From assembly GCA_038087875.1 (NCBI GenBank), contig CM075990.1, positions 17,548,001-17,612,000 on the forward strand: a stretch of 64,000 nt of DNA, in the 5' to 3' direction. This document shows positions 24,123 through 37,831 of the stretch, piece by piece. How positions within the stretch are numbered: position 1 is the stretch's first letter; the number at the start of each line of letters is the position of its first letter. This DNA comes from Malacoraja senta. Its lineage: Eukaryota. A model generated the notes under the pieces. That model had not been told where the DNA came from. It did not search any database and saw only the letters and a program-made list of their open reading frames with translations. Both the position numbers and the translations under genes were made by a program.

Positions 24123-25859
24123 TATCTCCTCTCCACCGGATCCAAGGATGGAAGTGTAGGTTTTGCTGTGTTCCCTTTGCTGGGCCAGAGTGTGTGTGAG
24201 TGTAGGAGATGCCAGTGTAAAATCCAGGCTGTTTCAAACCTTCCCACAGCTCACAGGTTGATTAATAATGTCACAGCTCTCGTGAGAATCCATGCATCTG
24301 GGGCTGCTGGCTTGTTAAAACATAATTATGGTAAATAAAAGATAAGGTTGGATGGGATGCCTTCAATCACAACGAAGATTAAGGAACAGCTGTCAACAAA
24401 ACTGAATGGTGAAAGTTACCAGAACATTTTAAAGTTCCAAATCCTCGCTTCATTTGCTGCTTGGTTTGATTGATGTCAGCGGCCAGTTATTTTGTGCATT
24501 GTTTACAAGCAGTAATGGATGAAGTTTTCAGACTTTTAAACTTCTGTCATCTAGGTAAAGAAAATGACTAATTGAGAGTCAAATGGTGATCAATGACCCT
24601 AAGAGCCTTAATGTGGAGACAGGTAATGCAGTGTTTGCTCAACCATACAACATTGCCAGGAACGTTCCAATAGCCTTCGCTTCGAGTTACCAACATCTCA
24701 TGTGGGTCATCGACCAATGTAAGCAGGGTTCGCTGAGGAGGCACGAAGTGTAGATGCGACAATCTTGAGCAAAACACCAATTAAAGTAGGAAATAATCCC
24801 TTCAAGGATTGACACCTTGGCACATATAACTCCTCCAAGTGTATTCCTGCTGGCCAATTCATTTCACTGCACCTTCGGGTCCATGTGACAAATAAAACTG
24901 ACTGACTTTGACTGTCTTCAGAGAACTGAACAAATATTTAAGAATTGCTCCTTTTTCGTAGTGTAGGAAGGAATTGCAGATGCTGGTTTAAATCGAAGAT
25001 GGACACTAACTGCTGGAGTTACTCAGGCAGCAACTCTGGAGAGAAGGAATGGGTGTCGTTTCGGGTTGAGACCCTTCTTCACACTGAATTTTGCATTTTG
25101 TGTCTATCTTCGGTGTAAACCAGCATCTGCAGTTCCTTCCGACACATCAATTACTCATATGTTGGTCTGAAAGAAATCTTTCATCTGCATTTGTTTAAAT
25201 TATAGTTGTCTCCTTCCAGCATTGCCGTCTAGAGCTATGCTCCTGGTAGGGCCACCCATGGATAATGTGCTGACTCATTGAAATATGGGCTTGAATTATA
25301 ACATCCAAAAATGGATGGTTAGATTCACATGTAAGAGTCCACTACATCTTATGCCTGACCCCAACTCATCTCCAACATACTCATTTGCAGGTTTCAATAT
25401 TATGGGACAAGAATCATGTAACCTACTCCCCGGTTAGCATTCCTGATTTAACCTGATCTTCAAATCGCCCTTCATGCAAACGCCTCCTGCAATGATTACT
25501 TTCCTTGTCCCTGTTCAACTTGTGTCCCCATTCTTTCTTCTTCCAATGCCAGCAATGTTGCCCGTACAACCCAATCGTACTCCAAACCCTGTCTATTAAT
25601 CACATTAACTTGTGCATCGCTGGTGTGTTGAGGATTATGTTTTCCCAACGTTTTAGATCTGGCTGGGCTTGGGATGGCAGGGATCCCACCCACTGCTCAT
25701 GTCCCAGATACAAAGTCTTCCTTCCATGTCAACCCTTGGGCTCCAGAGTTGCTGCTGCCAATAGACTCAATACATTTCTTCTTTGATGTATTTTTACATC
25801 AAACTTCCAGAATGCTGGAACTCCTTAAACAGCAACTGAGCCAATGAGACAGAGGACAA

Positions 25860-26310
25860 AAGATGCAGAAAGTTGTGACCACTGCCCAGTCCATCCCCGG
25901 CTCTGACCTCCCTTCCATCGAGGGGATCTATCGCAGTCACTGCCTCAAAAAGGCTGGCAGCATCATTAAGGACCCACACCATCCTGGCCACACACTCATC
26001 TCTCCGCTGCCATCGGGAAAAATGTACAGGAGCTTGAAATCTGGAACATCCAGGTTCATGAACAGCTTCTTCCCCACAGCCATCTGGGTATTAAACACGA
26101 CATCAAACAAGCGCTGAACAATAACAGGCGATTGCATTTTATCTGTTTATTTATTGTGTATATATATGGTCTATGGTATATAAACACACTGAACCTTTAT
26201 CTCCTGTTCTGTATTATGTTTACATATTCTGTTGTGCTGCAGCAAGCAAGAATTTCATTGTCCTATCTGGGACACATGACAATAAACTCTCTTGACTCTT
26301 GACTTGACTT
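25860..26310 (+). mobile_element. Rex1/Babar-like LINE 3' fragment (related pieces near 10820-11230, 26790-27150, 39240-39620, 52590-52900)
   Basis: IIKDPHHPGH...LPSG..YRS.....RF.NSFFP.AI motif. Confidence 0.75.
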
Positions 26311-29071
26311 ACTGATGGTTTCTTTGTGTGGGTCTCGTGAGCCAAGCGTCCCACCTTGGTATTTCACTGTTAGCCAAGGATTCTGAAAGTTTGATGTAAA
26401 AATACATCTTTCTGTATTCCCGCAGAGAGGACAAGGCCTTCTACCTTCTGTTGAGACCATTGACACCATGTTTTTTTGCCATTGCAACTAAATAGTTTGG
26501 TCATTTGTTGCTTTTGCTGGTTTCTCAAAGCAGTTGCAGCATCATCATTCTGTGAACATTCAACGCTGGAGAACATTCTTCCAGTCAAACTATGATGAAC
26601 CCACTGAGCATTCTCAGAGAACTTCACACACCATTAACTACCCATGTGGGTGGCCTGTCTGGTCTGCTGTTTAGTAATTGTTATTTTTAACCCTTTGCAA
26701 GACACTTTATGCAGTTGTATTTCATGTTCCACACCACCTCCGTCACTCATGTAAAGTTGCTTCTGTACCCATCGTGTTTGGCAGAGGGTTATCGGCTGCA
26801 GTAAAGAGCAACCAGCATGATCAAGGACCCACACCACCCTGGCCACACTCTCACTCCACTCCTACCATCGCCAACAAGGTACAGGAGCCTGAAGACCATG
26901 ACCACCAGTGCAAAAAATGCTTCTCCCCATCGACCATCAAGGGCTTCCACACTGCACAATACTAACCTTAACTATAAACTAAGGACTGTCTTTGGTTGCA
27001 CTAAAGACACCGGGTGTTTTTGTACCAGTTTTGAGATTTATTAAATGTTGTGTTTATTATATGTTATGTATATGTTGTTTCCAGACCTATTGTGCTGCTG
27101 CAAGTAACAATTTCATTGTTCCATTGTTGGTACATATGACAAATAAATGTTTGATTTATTTATTTGATAAATAGTTGATTTGACTCTCTGGACTCATGCT
27201 ACACAGCAAGTTATAGATATACAGACCAGCACCAACAAGGTGGGCCAAAGGGCCAGTTTATGTGCTGTACAATTTAGGCCAATATTCCAACTCGGTTGGC
27301 ATGGCCAAGATGGGCCGAAGGGCCTGTTCCCTTGCTGTACAGCTCCACGACTCAAGCCTGATCATTAAACTGTAGAGGCTTCAGTTCCTACCAGTCAGCA
27401 GTGGTCACTGGGCTGTGCAGTAACCAAGAGTAGACGTCACACGTGGAGCAATGTCACTGCTGTGGGGAAACTGACTATTTAAGAGCAAATGTTGTGGAGG
27501 TGAAACCTCCAGCAGAGCAGCAAATTGGCCAGATGGTGATGGTGATGTATGTGAGGACCAGTCGGAGCAGAGCAGCAGCTCACCACAAACCCCACACCAT
27601 GCCCATGGTGTTGATGCCAGAGACTCCTGCTGGGAGAGGAGATGGATTACCAAGTGTCAGCACTTGACTGGGCGTGCTGAGAGAGGCCGTTCTTTCCTTG
27701 TAAACTGTCACCTTCCATCAACCATCAATGATAAAGGCCTGAACTAGCACTGACTTGGGATAACAGAGTGAGCTGCCCATCTTCACATGGGTAGCCCACG
27801 ACCTTTCCCTTTCCTTGACGTGTTTAAGGTGACCTCATGAACAAACATTTGCCTCCAGGTCACTCCAGGTTTCCTGGTCACTCCACCTTTCCTCTCCATG
27901 TCCGACACCCTTTAGTCTCCTCTTCACCTCCGGCCTTTGTCACTTACTCCACCCATCTGTCAATCATCCCCCTTTCCTCACCAGTACCCACCTATCACTT
28001 CCATCTTTCTCCACCTCACCTCACTTCATCAATCTGAAGAAGGGTCTCGACCAGAGATGTCATCAGTCCATTCCCCCCCACCGATGCTGCCTGACCCACT
28101 GAGTTCCTCCAGCACTTTGAAATTTGCTGAGGATTCCAGCACCTGAAGTGCCGTGAAGCCCATGGCTTCCCCATGTCAAGTGTTGTCTGACAAACTAGTC
28201 AAGGCTTCTGATGTATTTTCCTCAACACCTGCCCCTTTAAGACGGCACACAAGATTTAATTTCTCTGTTAATTTCGAAGCTAAGACAAAGACCCTTTACC
28301 TGAAAGATTCAGATGAGCATCGTTTTTGCAGACATTGGGTTATAAAAGAAAAACAAAAGAAACTCCAGGCATGGATATAAGATTGCATGGTGGAGGGTCG
28401 ATGGCAACGTGCGTGTGTGTGGCTGGAGCCGGGGACCAGAGCAAAGGTCGTGTGTGCAAGATCAGAACGTCATGCACAAGCAGGCCCTTTGGCCCACAAC
28501 GCCTGTGCCAAATATGATGCTAAAACCATCACTTACTGTATCTACCTGCACAGAACCCATATCCCTCCAAACCCTGCATATCCATACGCCAATGCAAAAT
28601 GCCACTAAGATATCTGCTTCCTCCACCACCACCCCAGGCAACATGTGTCCCAAACATGCCCCGCGCATCTCCTTTAAACTTTGCCCATCTCGCCTTAAGC
28701 TAAGCCATCTAGTATTTGATTTTTCCATCCTGGGAAAAAGGTTCTGACTGTCTACTCTATCTATGCATCTCATCATTGTCTATACTTCTATTGCCTCCCA
28801 CAACCTCTGGTGTGGCAGAGAAAACAATCCAAGTCTGTCCAACCTCTCAATGTGGCAAGTAGCCTCTAATCCAAGCATCATTCCGGTAAGCCTCCTCTGC
28901 ACCCTCTCCAAAGCCTCTATAACCTTCCTGCAATGGGGCGATTAGGGAACAGAGCTATGCATATACAAACTGGGTCTAGTTCCTGTTTCACTTGTATGTC
29001 GTGCCTCTGGTTAATCATCAAAAACTGAAATACTAGTTTTATTCATTACAGTTGCTCAACTTTAGTCTTTA

Positions 29072-30563
29072 CTAGACTAAGTGGGACCCGTTGGGTCCCT
29101 GTCACACAGGAGGCCTGGTCCCCCAACGCAATATCCCACCACACCCATAGCCCCCAAATGCACAAGCGCAGCTCATTTCCCCTCATCCCTAGCACTCTCT
29201 CCCCCTCCTCCACCTTCCCTCTTCTTTCCCCTCTCCCCCTCCCCCTCCCCTCCTCCCCTCCCCCAATTCCTCCATCACCTCTCTCTTCCTCTCCTTTCCA
29301 CTACCCTCAGTCACTCCCTCCCTCCCTCCAACTCCTCTCGCCTCCTCTCCCTCTATCCCCTCTCCGCCCCCACTCTCCCTGCCCAGGATCTCCAGGTTGC
29401 CGCTCCTCTCCCTCCTTGCGTGCCCCAGAGGAGCATCAGCCGTCGGCACCCTCAGAGCCAGGCCTTGGATCAGCCCGGAAGCACCAGCAGCTACAGCCGT
29501 GCCAGCGTGTGGGCGGGAGAAGGGGGGGGAAGAGCTCGGAGAAAAGATGGGGAAGAGCCATAGGGGAGAGGGGGGTATCACTGGGGAGGGGACAGGAGCC
29601 AGCGGGGGGGACCGGAGGGGAAAGGGCTGGAGCTGCGGGGCGTTGCGATGGCAGTGACTCACATTGGGCGCTGGATGCTCTCCTCCGCCAGGACCAGACT
29701 CTTCGCTTTCCGTTTGGCGACATTGCTGGGCTGCTGCTGCGGGCGGGGCTGCTGCTGGGGGCAGGGCTGCTGCTGGGGGCGGGGCTGCTGCTGGGGGCGG
29801 GACTGCTTCGGGTCCCTCCGAAAGTCCGGGTGGAAACGTCCGCTGGCCATCGTCAGCACCAATAAAGACGCAATGGCGCAGGAAGGGGCGGACCATCCCG
29901 GGGAGTGACAGGGGAAGAGACCAATCCGCGCAGCGCTGGAAGGCAGGAGAAGAGATCGATCTGCACACGTGCGGTTTATAAGATTTTTAAACCTCGCTAA
30001 CTTATACGACATTCAACCGATCGGAATGAAACTTGGTGAACTCGGAGCACAGGAGAACGGTGAGAAATCGTAGCGCTATCGCAAACTGTTTTTGCGCAAG
30101 TAGAATGACCGCCAAACCGGAAGATAACAAGATCAGAGTTTTAGAGATAGATAGATAGATAGATGGATAGATGGATAGATGGATAGATGGATAGATGGGT
30201 AGATGGATAGATGGATAGATGGATAGATGGATAGATGGATAGATGGATAGATGGATAGATGGATAGATGGATAGATGGATAGATGGATAGATAGATAGAT
30301 AGACAGATAGATAGATAGATAGATAGATAGATGGATAGATGGATAGATGGATAGATGGATGGATGGATGGATAGATGGATAGATGGATAGATGGATAGAT
30401 GGATAGATGGATAGATGGATAGATGGATAGATGGATGGATAGATGGATAGATGGATAGATGGATAGATGGATAGATGGATAGATGGATAGATGGATAGAT
30501 GGATAGATGGATGGATGGATGGATAGATGGATAGATGGATAGATGGATAGATAGATAGATAGA
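29072..30563 (-). mobile_element. Non-autonomous Helitron
   Basis: Minus-strand 3' end has hairpin GGGACCC-AAC-GGGTCCC, then 7 nt, then CTAG|T; the 5' end is A|TC within a (TCTA)n tract; no TSD. Confidence 0.75.
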
Positions 30564-30566
30564 TAG
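30144..30566. repeat. (GATA)n/(GATGGATA)n microsatellite at the Helitron 5' end
   Basis: Direct observation. Confidence 0.95.
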
Positions 30567-31477
30567 TGTTAGTGTCGGTTGCAATTTTTTTTGTTTTTTT
30601 TGTTTTGTTGTGATTCTATGCATTGTAAGGTGTCCTCGGGTTTTAGAAAGGCGCCAGTAAATAAAATGATTATTATTATTATTATTAATATAGCAGATTA
30701 CAATGTAGGTGTAGGAAGGAACTGCAGATGCTGGTTTACACCAGAGATAGACAAAATGCTGGAGTAACTCAGCGAGACAGGCAGCTTCTCTGGATAGAAT
30801 GAATGGCTGATGTTTTGGGTCGAGATCCTTCTAGGTGTAGGAGTATCCTCGTCACAGCTGTTCCAGTAAAGTCAATTCACCCTGATGAAATCCACAATCA
30901 ATACCAAAAATGTCTGACGTGAGGAGTAAAAACACTCCTATGGAACCTGGGTGCCAATGTTCTATCTATTTCAATTTGCATTCCTTGATGCATGTGCAGA
31001 TGATGTGGCCTCATGTTTCTGACACACTAACTTTGCTGGAATAAGATTCTGAGTTTACTTGCCGACACAGACACACATTTACTTGATTTTACTGAGTTTG
31101 CACGATTTGGTTTCCAGATTCTGCGCTTTGACTCAAGTTCCAAGGGATGAGTTTCGTGTCCATTTGAGTTTCCGCCTGGGCTTCAGTACTCTGATCTCCG
31201 ACAACATTCAACAGAGAACTTCTCCAGAATCCCAAACGGAAATAGGACATGAAAGAGAACGTTGGAGCATGAGGGATGCGTTCACCACAGCCACAGTTGG
31301 CAATACCAGGTTTTATTCTTCTGTTTAACCCTGGAGACTTGATCACAATGTAATCTCCTGACAGTTAGTGTGAGAGATGGCTGCTCAGCTGTCCAGGGAG
31401 ATCATAATGCTTTCTTCAGGAACTCATTCAGATTAAATCACAAAACATAAATCTTTCATTACAGTGGCTGTTTTCAA

Positions 31478-31775
31478 AGGACGGCATAGTGGCGCAGCAG
31501 TAGAGTTGCTGATTCACAGTGCCAGTCACCTTGCTTTAATCTTGACTAAGGGTACTGTCTTTGTGGAGTTTGTACGTTCTCCCTGTAACCGCGCGGGTTT
31601 GCTCCGGATGCTCTGGTTTCCTCCCACATCCCAAAGACATGTAGGTTTATAGGTTAATTGGCTTCTGTAAATTGTCCCTAATGTGATCGAACTAATGTAC
31701 AGGCGACTGATGGTCGGCACGGCCTTGGTGGGCCAAATGGCCTGTTTCCATGCTGTACCTCTAAACCAAAGTCTA
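31478..31775 (+). mobile_element. V-SINE (HE1-like)
   Basis: Same head and V-domain, with a CR1-derived tail. Confidence 0.8.
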
Positions 31776-32234
31776 AATTGCTGGCTGATCACATTTGGTA
31801 ATAATTTGGTACAGTATAGAAGTGTAAAAACGCAGATGTAGAGTTGCCAAGTGGTCAAAGAACAGCAGAAATCAGTGGGGGCAGAGAGGGGGGGGGGCGA
31901 AGGGAAATGGCCTCCCAGCTCTCCTGTCTGGGGGAGGGGGGAGGGGGGAGGGGAGATCTTCTTCAGTCAGAACATCTGAGAGGCTGATCAAGGATGTTGC
32001 CCTGGATACATTACAGAAATTCTTGCCTTCCTTCAACATTTCTCTCATATTAACCCAACTATTCGAATTCCCCAACATTATCTCTCTTCAATTCTGACAT
32101 AGTCATCATTGTTCATATACATTAGGCCAACCATCAATTATCACTTTGCAATTTGGAAATGTTTCCAATCAGATGCCTTCCCTTGCTATTTAAATATTTC
32201 AACATGTAGATATCAAATAAGCAAAACAGGTTTT

Positions 32235-33964
32235 AGGAATTATATATAAAGTTTATTCAGTAAAAAAAAGTATTATAACTTGTTACAAAGAAACAATATA
32301 TAAAAAGAGTAGTCAATGGCTTTCAATTAGTAGAATATAACAGCGTCAATTATATTCACTTTCTTCATCAAGAATCCAAAACACTTCATCTACAAATGAA
32401 CAGAGAAATAGTACAAAAGAGTAGGCACATCACATGGGCTAAGGTACACAAAAATGCTGGAGAAACTCAGTGGGTGCAGCAGCATCTATGGAGCGAAGGA
32501 AATAGGTAACGTTTCGGGCCGAAACCCTTCATCTTCCAGCATCTGCAGTTCCTTCTTTATCACATGGGCTAACCATTGCTTGGAGAAATAGCTGAGGGAA
32601 TTTCTCCCTTCAAGAAAAAAAATTGTTGAATTGAATGTTCACACTTGAAGACAGTTCCCTGTTAATTTTTTCACATTATATGGGAAATATGAGGATAGGC
32701 ACAGCAAGGGAGAAGGACATTGAAGCTTCTTTAGGCATCTGGACAGAGATCATCACAAGCTTTATGACAGATTTTCATTGGATAGTCTGTGATTTCAAAA
32801 ACGCTGCACAACAAGACAAGGTTAGTAAATTCCAATATGTACAAAACAAGCTATTAATGACTCATAATATACTCCAATGGCAGTTTAAAAGACTTAACAA
32901 ATCAAACAATAGTTTCCATCCATCCTTTCTACTTTACAAAGGTAGCTAATCAGTTGTGGGTCTGCTTTACAGTCTAGTGGTCAAGGTGGTCACTCCCATT
33001 GTGGGAGGGACAGAAGATCCACTCCTTCCATTAGTACATTTGTACTCTCCTTCCGAAGACCCAGCTGGACAATGCTGACCCGAGGGCTGGCCATGTGACC
33101 GAGTTTGGTGTTGTTCAGATGCTGACATCCCCTGGCAGTGGTTACCTGTGCTGCAGGTGTGACTGGGTTCCTCACAAAAGCAAGGAAGAATTTCCATTTA
33201 CCTTCCCAGCTGTAGACCTGCCAGAGGGACTCAGCCTCAGAAATCATCGAATCTGCAGCTGTGTGATTTTGTTCATTCTCGAGGAGCTGGACTGGATTGT
33301 TCTTCGATGGAGTGATTCACACAGGAATGAAACGCGGTCTCACAAGCCTGGCGTACTGCTGTGTACACCAGGCTTGTGAGAATGAACACAACCCACTGAC
33401 ACCACAACGCAGTGTGTTTAGTGCCACAGACCTGGTCTCAGCGACATTAGCTCAGCGGGACAGACAGTATCTCTGGAGAAAAGGAATAGATGATATTTCA
33501 GGTCGACACCCTTCTTCAGGGTCTGGACCCGAAATGTCAACTATTCCTTTTCTCCAGAGATGCTGCCTGTCCCGCTGAGTTACCCCAGATTTTGGGTCTA
33601 TCTTCAGTTTAAACCAGCATCTGCAGTTCCTCCCTGCACTTTCTGCATTAGCTGCCTGAGTCCCACCACATCATTTTCTTTAACTACGTCATCTATCCCC
33701 GGGAGCTTGCCTTGGAGTTGGGCAGCAGTAATATAGTTGGAGGCGCTCCGTTTAAAACTATCAACTGCACCGTTGACAAATGTATGCATGCTTGCACCAT
33801 CTTGCAGCTAGCTAGGTTCAGCATTGTGACACAACGCTGAGGGTTGGGGCTGGAGCCTTGCAAAGCAGTTGGGCTGGGCAGTAACATAACAAGTGCGCAG
33901 GCGGCACTGTCCCTGTGAGCTGACTCACTCTCCACTGGCGGTTGGCTTTATTTCTTGGCCTCAT
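32235..33964 (-). other. Probable 3' UTR of the CXCL12-like gene, with AATAAA at 32252-32257
   Basis: Follows the exon 4 stop; becomes AT-rich distally; minus-strand AATAAA. The exact end is inferred. Confidence 0.5.
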
Positions 33965-33980
33965 TCACATCCTCCTTTGC
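33965..33980 (-). CDS. CXCL12-like: CXCL12-like chemokine, exon 4 coding part (G-QRRM-stop, beta-type tail)
   Basis: tctttattttgcag| acceptor; phase-2 reading gives QRRM*, paralleling CXCL12-beta RFKM*. Confidence 0.75.
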
Positions 33981-35231
33981 CTGCAAAATAAAGACCAGCT
34001 TTTCAGTAAAAAATAACAACTTCAGGGCACTCAGCATAAATATTCGCTTTAAAATGGCTAACGTTTGACAATAGACAATAGGCGCAGGAGTGGGCCATTC
34101 GGCCCTTCGAGCCAGCACCGCCATTCAATGTGATCATGGCTGATAATGACCCGGTTTGGGAACCGTGTAAAGCAGGTTGTGGGATTGAGGGCAGACACGG
34201 TGAAATAAAAAGATCTCGGCTCACGTTCTGCCTTAACTAGAGGCTCATAATGTACACGTGTGTTTTATCAGGGTCTGGTCTGTAACAACCGTCTGTAGGA
34301 ATTAACGGTCATTTTACAGTGAATCCGACACCAGTAATCTGATTGAGTAAAAACAAAGGTATTGGAAGGAAAGCCCAGACTGTTGGACTGGAACAAGGAT
34401 AGGAAAGATTTGGAGGAATATCGTTCAAACGTGGTAAATGGGTCTGGTTTAGATGGACTTCTTGGTAGGTGTGGATGAGCTGGTGGAAGGGTTGGATCTG
34501 AACTGGAGGGGGACCAATATTTTGGCGGGCAGCTTTGCACCTGCTATGTAGGAGGGTCTGAACTAGATTGAGAGAGGGACAGGATCCAATGCAGATGGCA
34601 GGCTGGGATAAACACAGTCATATAGCATGGATAAAGACACTTCAGCCCAACTTGACCGTGTTGACCAAGATGCCCCATCTGTGCTAGTCCCACCTGCCCA
34701 CATATGGCCCATATTGTTCAAAATCTTTCCTATCCATGTACCTTGGCCTTTGTCCAACCATCTGCCGACCAAAACCTGTCCCCCTCACCTTTATCCATCT
34801 ATCATTAGCCAGGTTTTGACCAACTCCCTCCATCCTCACCACAATCAGTCTGAAGCAATACCCCAACCCAAAACATCACCTATCCATGTTTTCCACAGAT
34901 GCTGCCTGACTCATTGAGTTACTCCAGCACTCGGTGTCTTTTGTTTTGTAAACCAGCATCTGCAGTTCCTTGTTTCTCTAACCTCAGAACTGAGATGTGA
35001 ATGACTGAGAGGGAGTGGGAAAACTAGGCACTGCCCGCTGGAAGCAAAAGGAAGCATGTGTAGGAAAGAACTGCAGATGCTGGTTTAAATCGAAGGTGGA
35101 CACATTGACTTCTCCAACTTCAGATACCCTTGCTTTCCCTCTCTATCCCCTCCCCCTTCCCAGTTCTCCCACCAGTCTTACTGTCTCCGACTACATTCTA
35201 TCTTTGTCCTGCCCCCTCCCCTGACATCAGT

Positions 35232-35259
35232 CTGAAGAAGGGTCTTGACCCGAAACGTC
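35232..35259 (+). ncRNA. Minimal type-I hammerhead-like motif in a Penelope-derived repeat (representative copy)
   Basis: CTGAAGA-A-GGG(tcttga)CCC-GAAAC-GTC, with palindromic ACGT stem III; stem I is only about 2 bp. Confidence 0.55.
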
Positions 35260-36879
35260 ACCCATTCCTTCTCTCCAGAGACGTTGCCTGTCCCGCTGAG
35301 TTACTCCAGCAAAAGGAAGCACATTTGTTCAGGAGAGGAATCACGGGAAATGGAAGCAATTGAAAAATTGTTCTTCAACTTGCCAATGAGTAAAGATTCC
35401 CCCTTGATCAGAGAGAAATTCCAGTCCCATATTGGGTTTCACAATTAGTCACATATGTTGTGTCAGAGCTGCAGTGATTAGTAGCTGTCTCTAAAACCTT
35501 GTCTCTGCACATTGACAATGGGTTTAGACGTGCTGGGCGGGTGGGCAGCACGACACTGATACTTCTTACAGCGGCAGTGCAGTGACATCACCTCAACGCA
35601 AGCCTTCAACCGCTCGGGATGAAGCAGTTGTATCTCACTGGCCATGGGCTTTGCTTTTGACAGCCATTCTGACCCAGAGTGAGAGGAAGGAGTAGGTTCA
35701 AGTTTATTGTTGTCACATGTACTGATGTACAGTGCAAACACTTGGTATTGTATGCTATCCAAACAGATTGTACTATACATGGATGCAATGAAGCCAAACT
35801 CAAGTACAATGGGTAGAACAAAGGGGAAGATACAGAGTGCAGAATGTAGTTCTCAGCATTGCAGCGCACCAGTTCCACAGACACAGTCCAATGTCCGCAA
35901 TGGGGTAGAGGTGAATCCCTAGCTTATGGGAAGGACCGTTCATAGCATGATAACAGAGGGGGAGCAGCTGTTCCTGAGCCTGGCAGTGTGATTTCAAGTT
36001 TCTGTACCTTCTACCAAACAGGAGCAGAAGGAGGAATGACTGGGGTGGGACAAGTCTTTGATGATGTCGGCTGCTTTTCTGAGGCAGCAGGAAGTGTAGA
36101 TGGAGTCAATGGTAGGAAGTGTGATCTGTGTGATGGACTGGGCTACATGTACAACTACATTCTAGCGGCTGTGAGGATAAAGAGAGGAATCTGCAGCTAA
36201 CTCACCCAGCTCGTGGAGTGAGAAAGGGAATGTGGTTCCAATGAAAGTCATGTCAAATTGCTCAAGTCTGACTATTTGATTCCAAAAGGCATGTAGGAGT
36301 GAAGCCAGCTGTGGTTACATTCGAGACACAAAGAACTGGAATCTTCAACTAAAATCAAAGTGCTGGAGGAATTCAGCAGGTCAGGTAGCTTTGCAAGGGA
36401 ATGGACAACCAGCCTGAAGAAGGGTCCCGACATGAAATACCATTTATCCATTTCCCACCACTCTGACCCACTGTGTTCCTCCAGCATTGTGTCTTTTATG
36501 TTTACAGTGAATTATGTTCTAGACCAATATAACAATACCGCTAATCAAAACATCCAGCAACAAAACTTAAAAAAACATTCTCTGACATATTTTCAGGAAA
36601 TATTGAACTTTCAGAAGAGATTAATTCACTTGGCTCCTCAGAACGTCTGTCTCCATGGCCACACAATGTGCACCACAGACATTTCCCTGAACTTTTCTCC
36701 GTCTCTTAAGTTTCTGTCTTTTAATAATCCCTCCCTCAAGACAGATGTTTGTGACTGTGTCCCATTTCAGTCACTTGAACAAGCGTCTTGTTAACACTCG
36801 AGGATGGTGTCAAGGAATTGTTGAGCTGTCAACAGGTGTCTTTCTCCAGGTTGAGGCCTGCCTGTAACCCCAGGTGGAC

Positions 36880-37440
36880 ACGTTGGTGAGGCTGCATTTA
36901 GTATTGTGTTCAGTTCTGGGCACCATGTTATAGGAAAGATGTTGTCAAGCTGGAAATGATGCAGAGAAGATTTACGAGGATGTTGCCAGGGCTAGAGGGT
37001 CTGAGCTATAGGGAGAGGTTGAGTAGGCTGTGACTCTATTCCGTGGAGTGCAGGAGGATGTGGGGTGATCTTATAAAGGTGTATAAAATCACGAGAGGAA
37101 TAGATCGGGTAGATGCACAGAGTCTCTTGCCCAGATTAGCTGAATCAAGGACCAGAGGACATAGGTTTAAGGTGCAGGGGAAAAGATTTAATAGGAATCT
37201 GAAGGGTATCTTTTTCACACAAAAGGTGGTGGGTGTATGGAACAAGCTGCCAGAGGAGGTAGTTGAGGCTGGAACTATTCCAACATTTAAGAAACAGTTA
37301 GACAGGTACATGGATCGGACAGGTTTGGAGGGATACGGGCCAAACACGGGCAGGTGGGACTAGTGTAGCTGGGACATGTTGGCCGGTGTGGGCAAGTTGG
37401 GCCGAAGGGCCTGTTTCAGTGCTGTATCACTCTCTGGCTC
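36880..37440 (+). mobile_element. CR1 LINE 3' fragment in intron 3 of the chemokine gene
   Basis: ORF 37043-37363 (GDLIKVYKI...RTRGHRFKV...VWNKLPEEVVEA) plus CR1 3' UTR. Confidence 0.88.
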
Positions 37441-37565
37441 TGTGATACATGAGATACGAGATTGTTAAAGTGACTTTAAAATACAAAACTTTCTTCCGCT
37501 GCTAATTTTAGAGCTTACTCTCTTTAAGTAACTGAGGGTTTGAGTTAAAATGTCTAAACTCTTAC

Positions 37566-37640
37566 CCTTTCACCTTTTTCCTCCAAAGGGACAAAAATTT
37601 GGAATGAAGGCAAATTCTCCGGCCATTCTTCAGCGTGGCT
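37566..37640 (-). CDS. CXCL12-like: CXCL12-like chemokine, exon 3 (ATLKNGRRICLHSKFLSLWRKKVK-G)
   Basis: ttacag| acceptor, phase 2 matching exon 2, CXC exon-3 motif ATLKxGxxxCL with the 4th Cys, donor GG|gtaaga. Confidence 0.9.
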
Positions 37641-37831
37641 CTGTAACATAAAGATAGAGCAGGGCTATAGATGGAATCCTACAAGCAGTCACCACACTCC
37701 AGTACATAATTCAGAGACAAATAGGCATTATTTTCTCACTATTACATGTGATTTTAAATAAAACATTTAGATTGGAAGGTGATAATAGCTCTAATCCACA
37801 AAGAGAAAGATTTTTATTGTTAAATCTGAAT

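Noticed and set aside
29081..30012. Overlapping GC-rich ORFs up to 259 aa
   Set aside because: Low-complexity Helitron interior with no recognisable domain.
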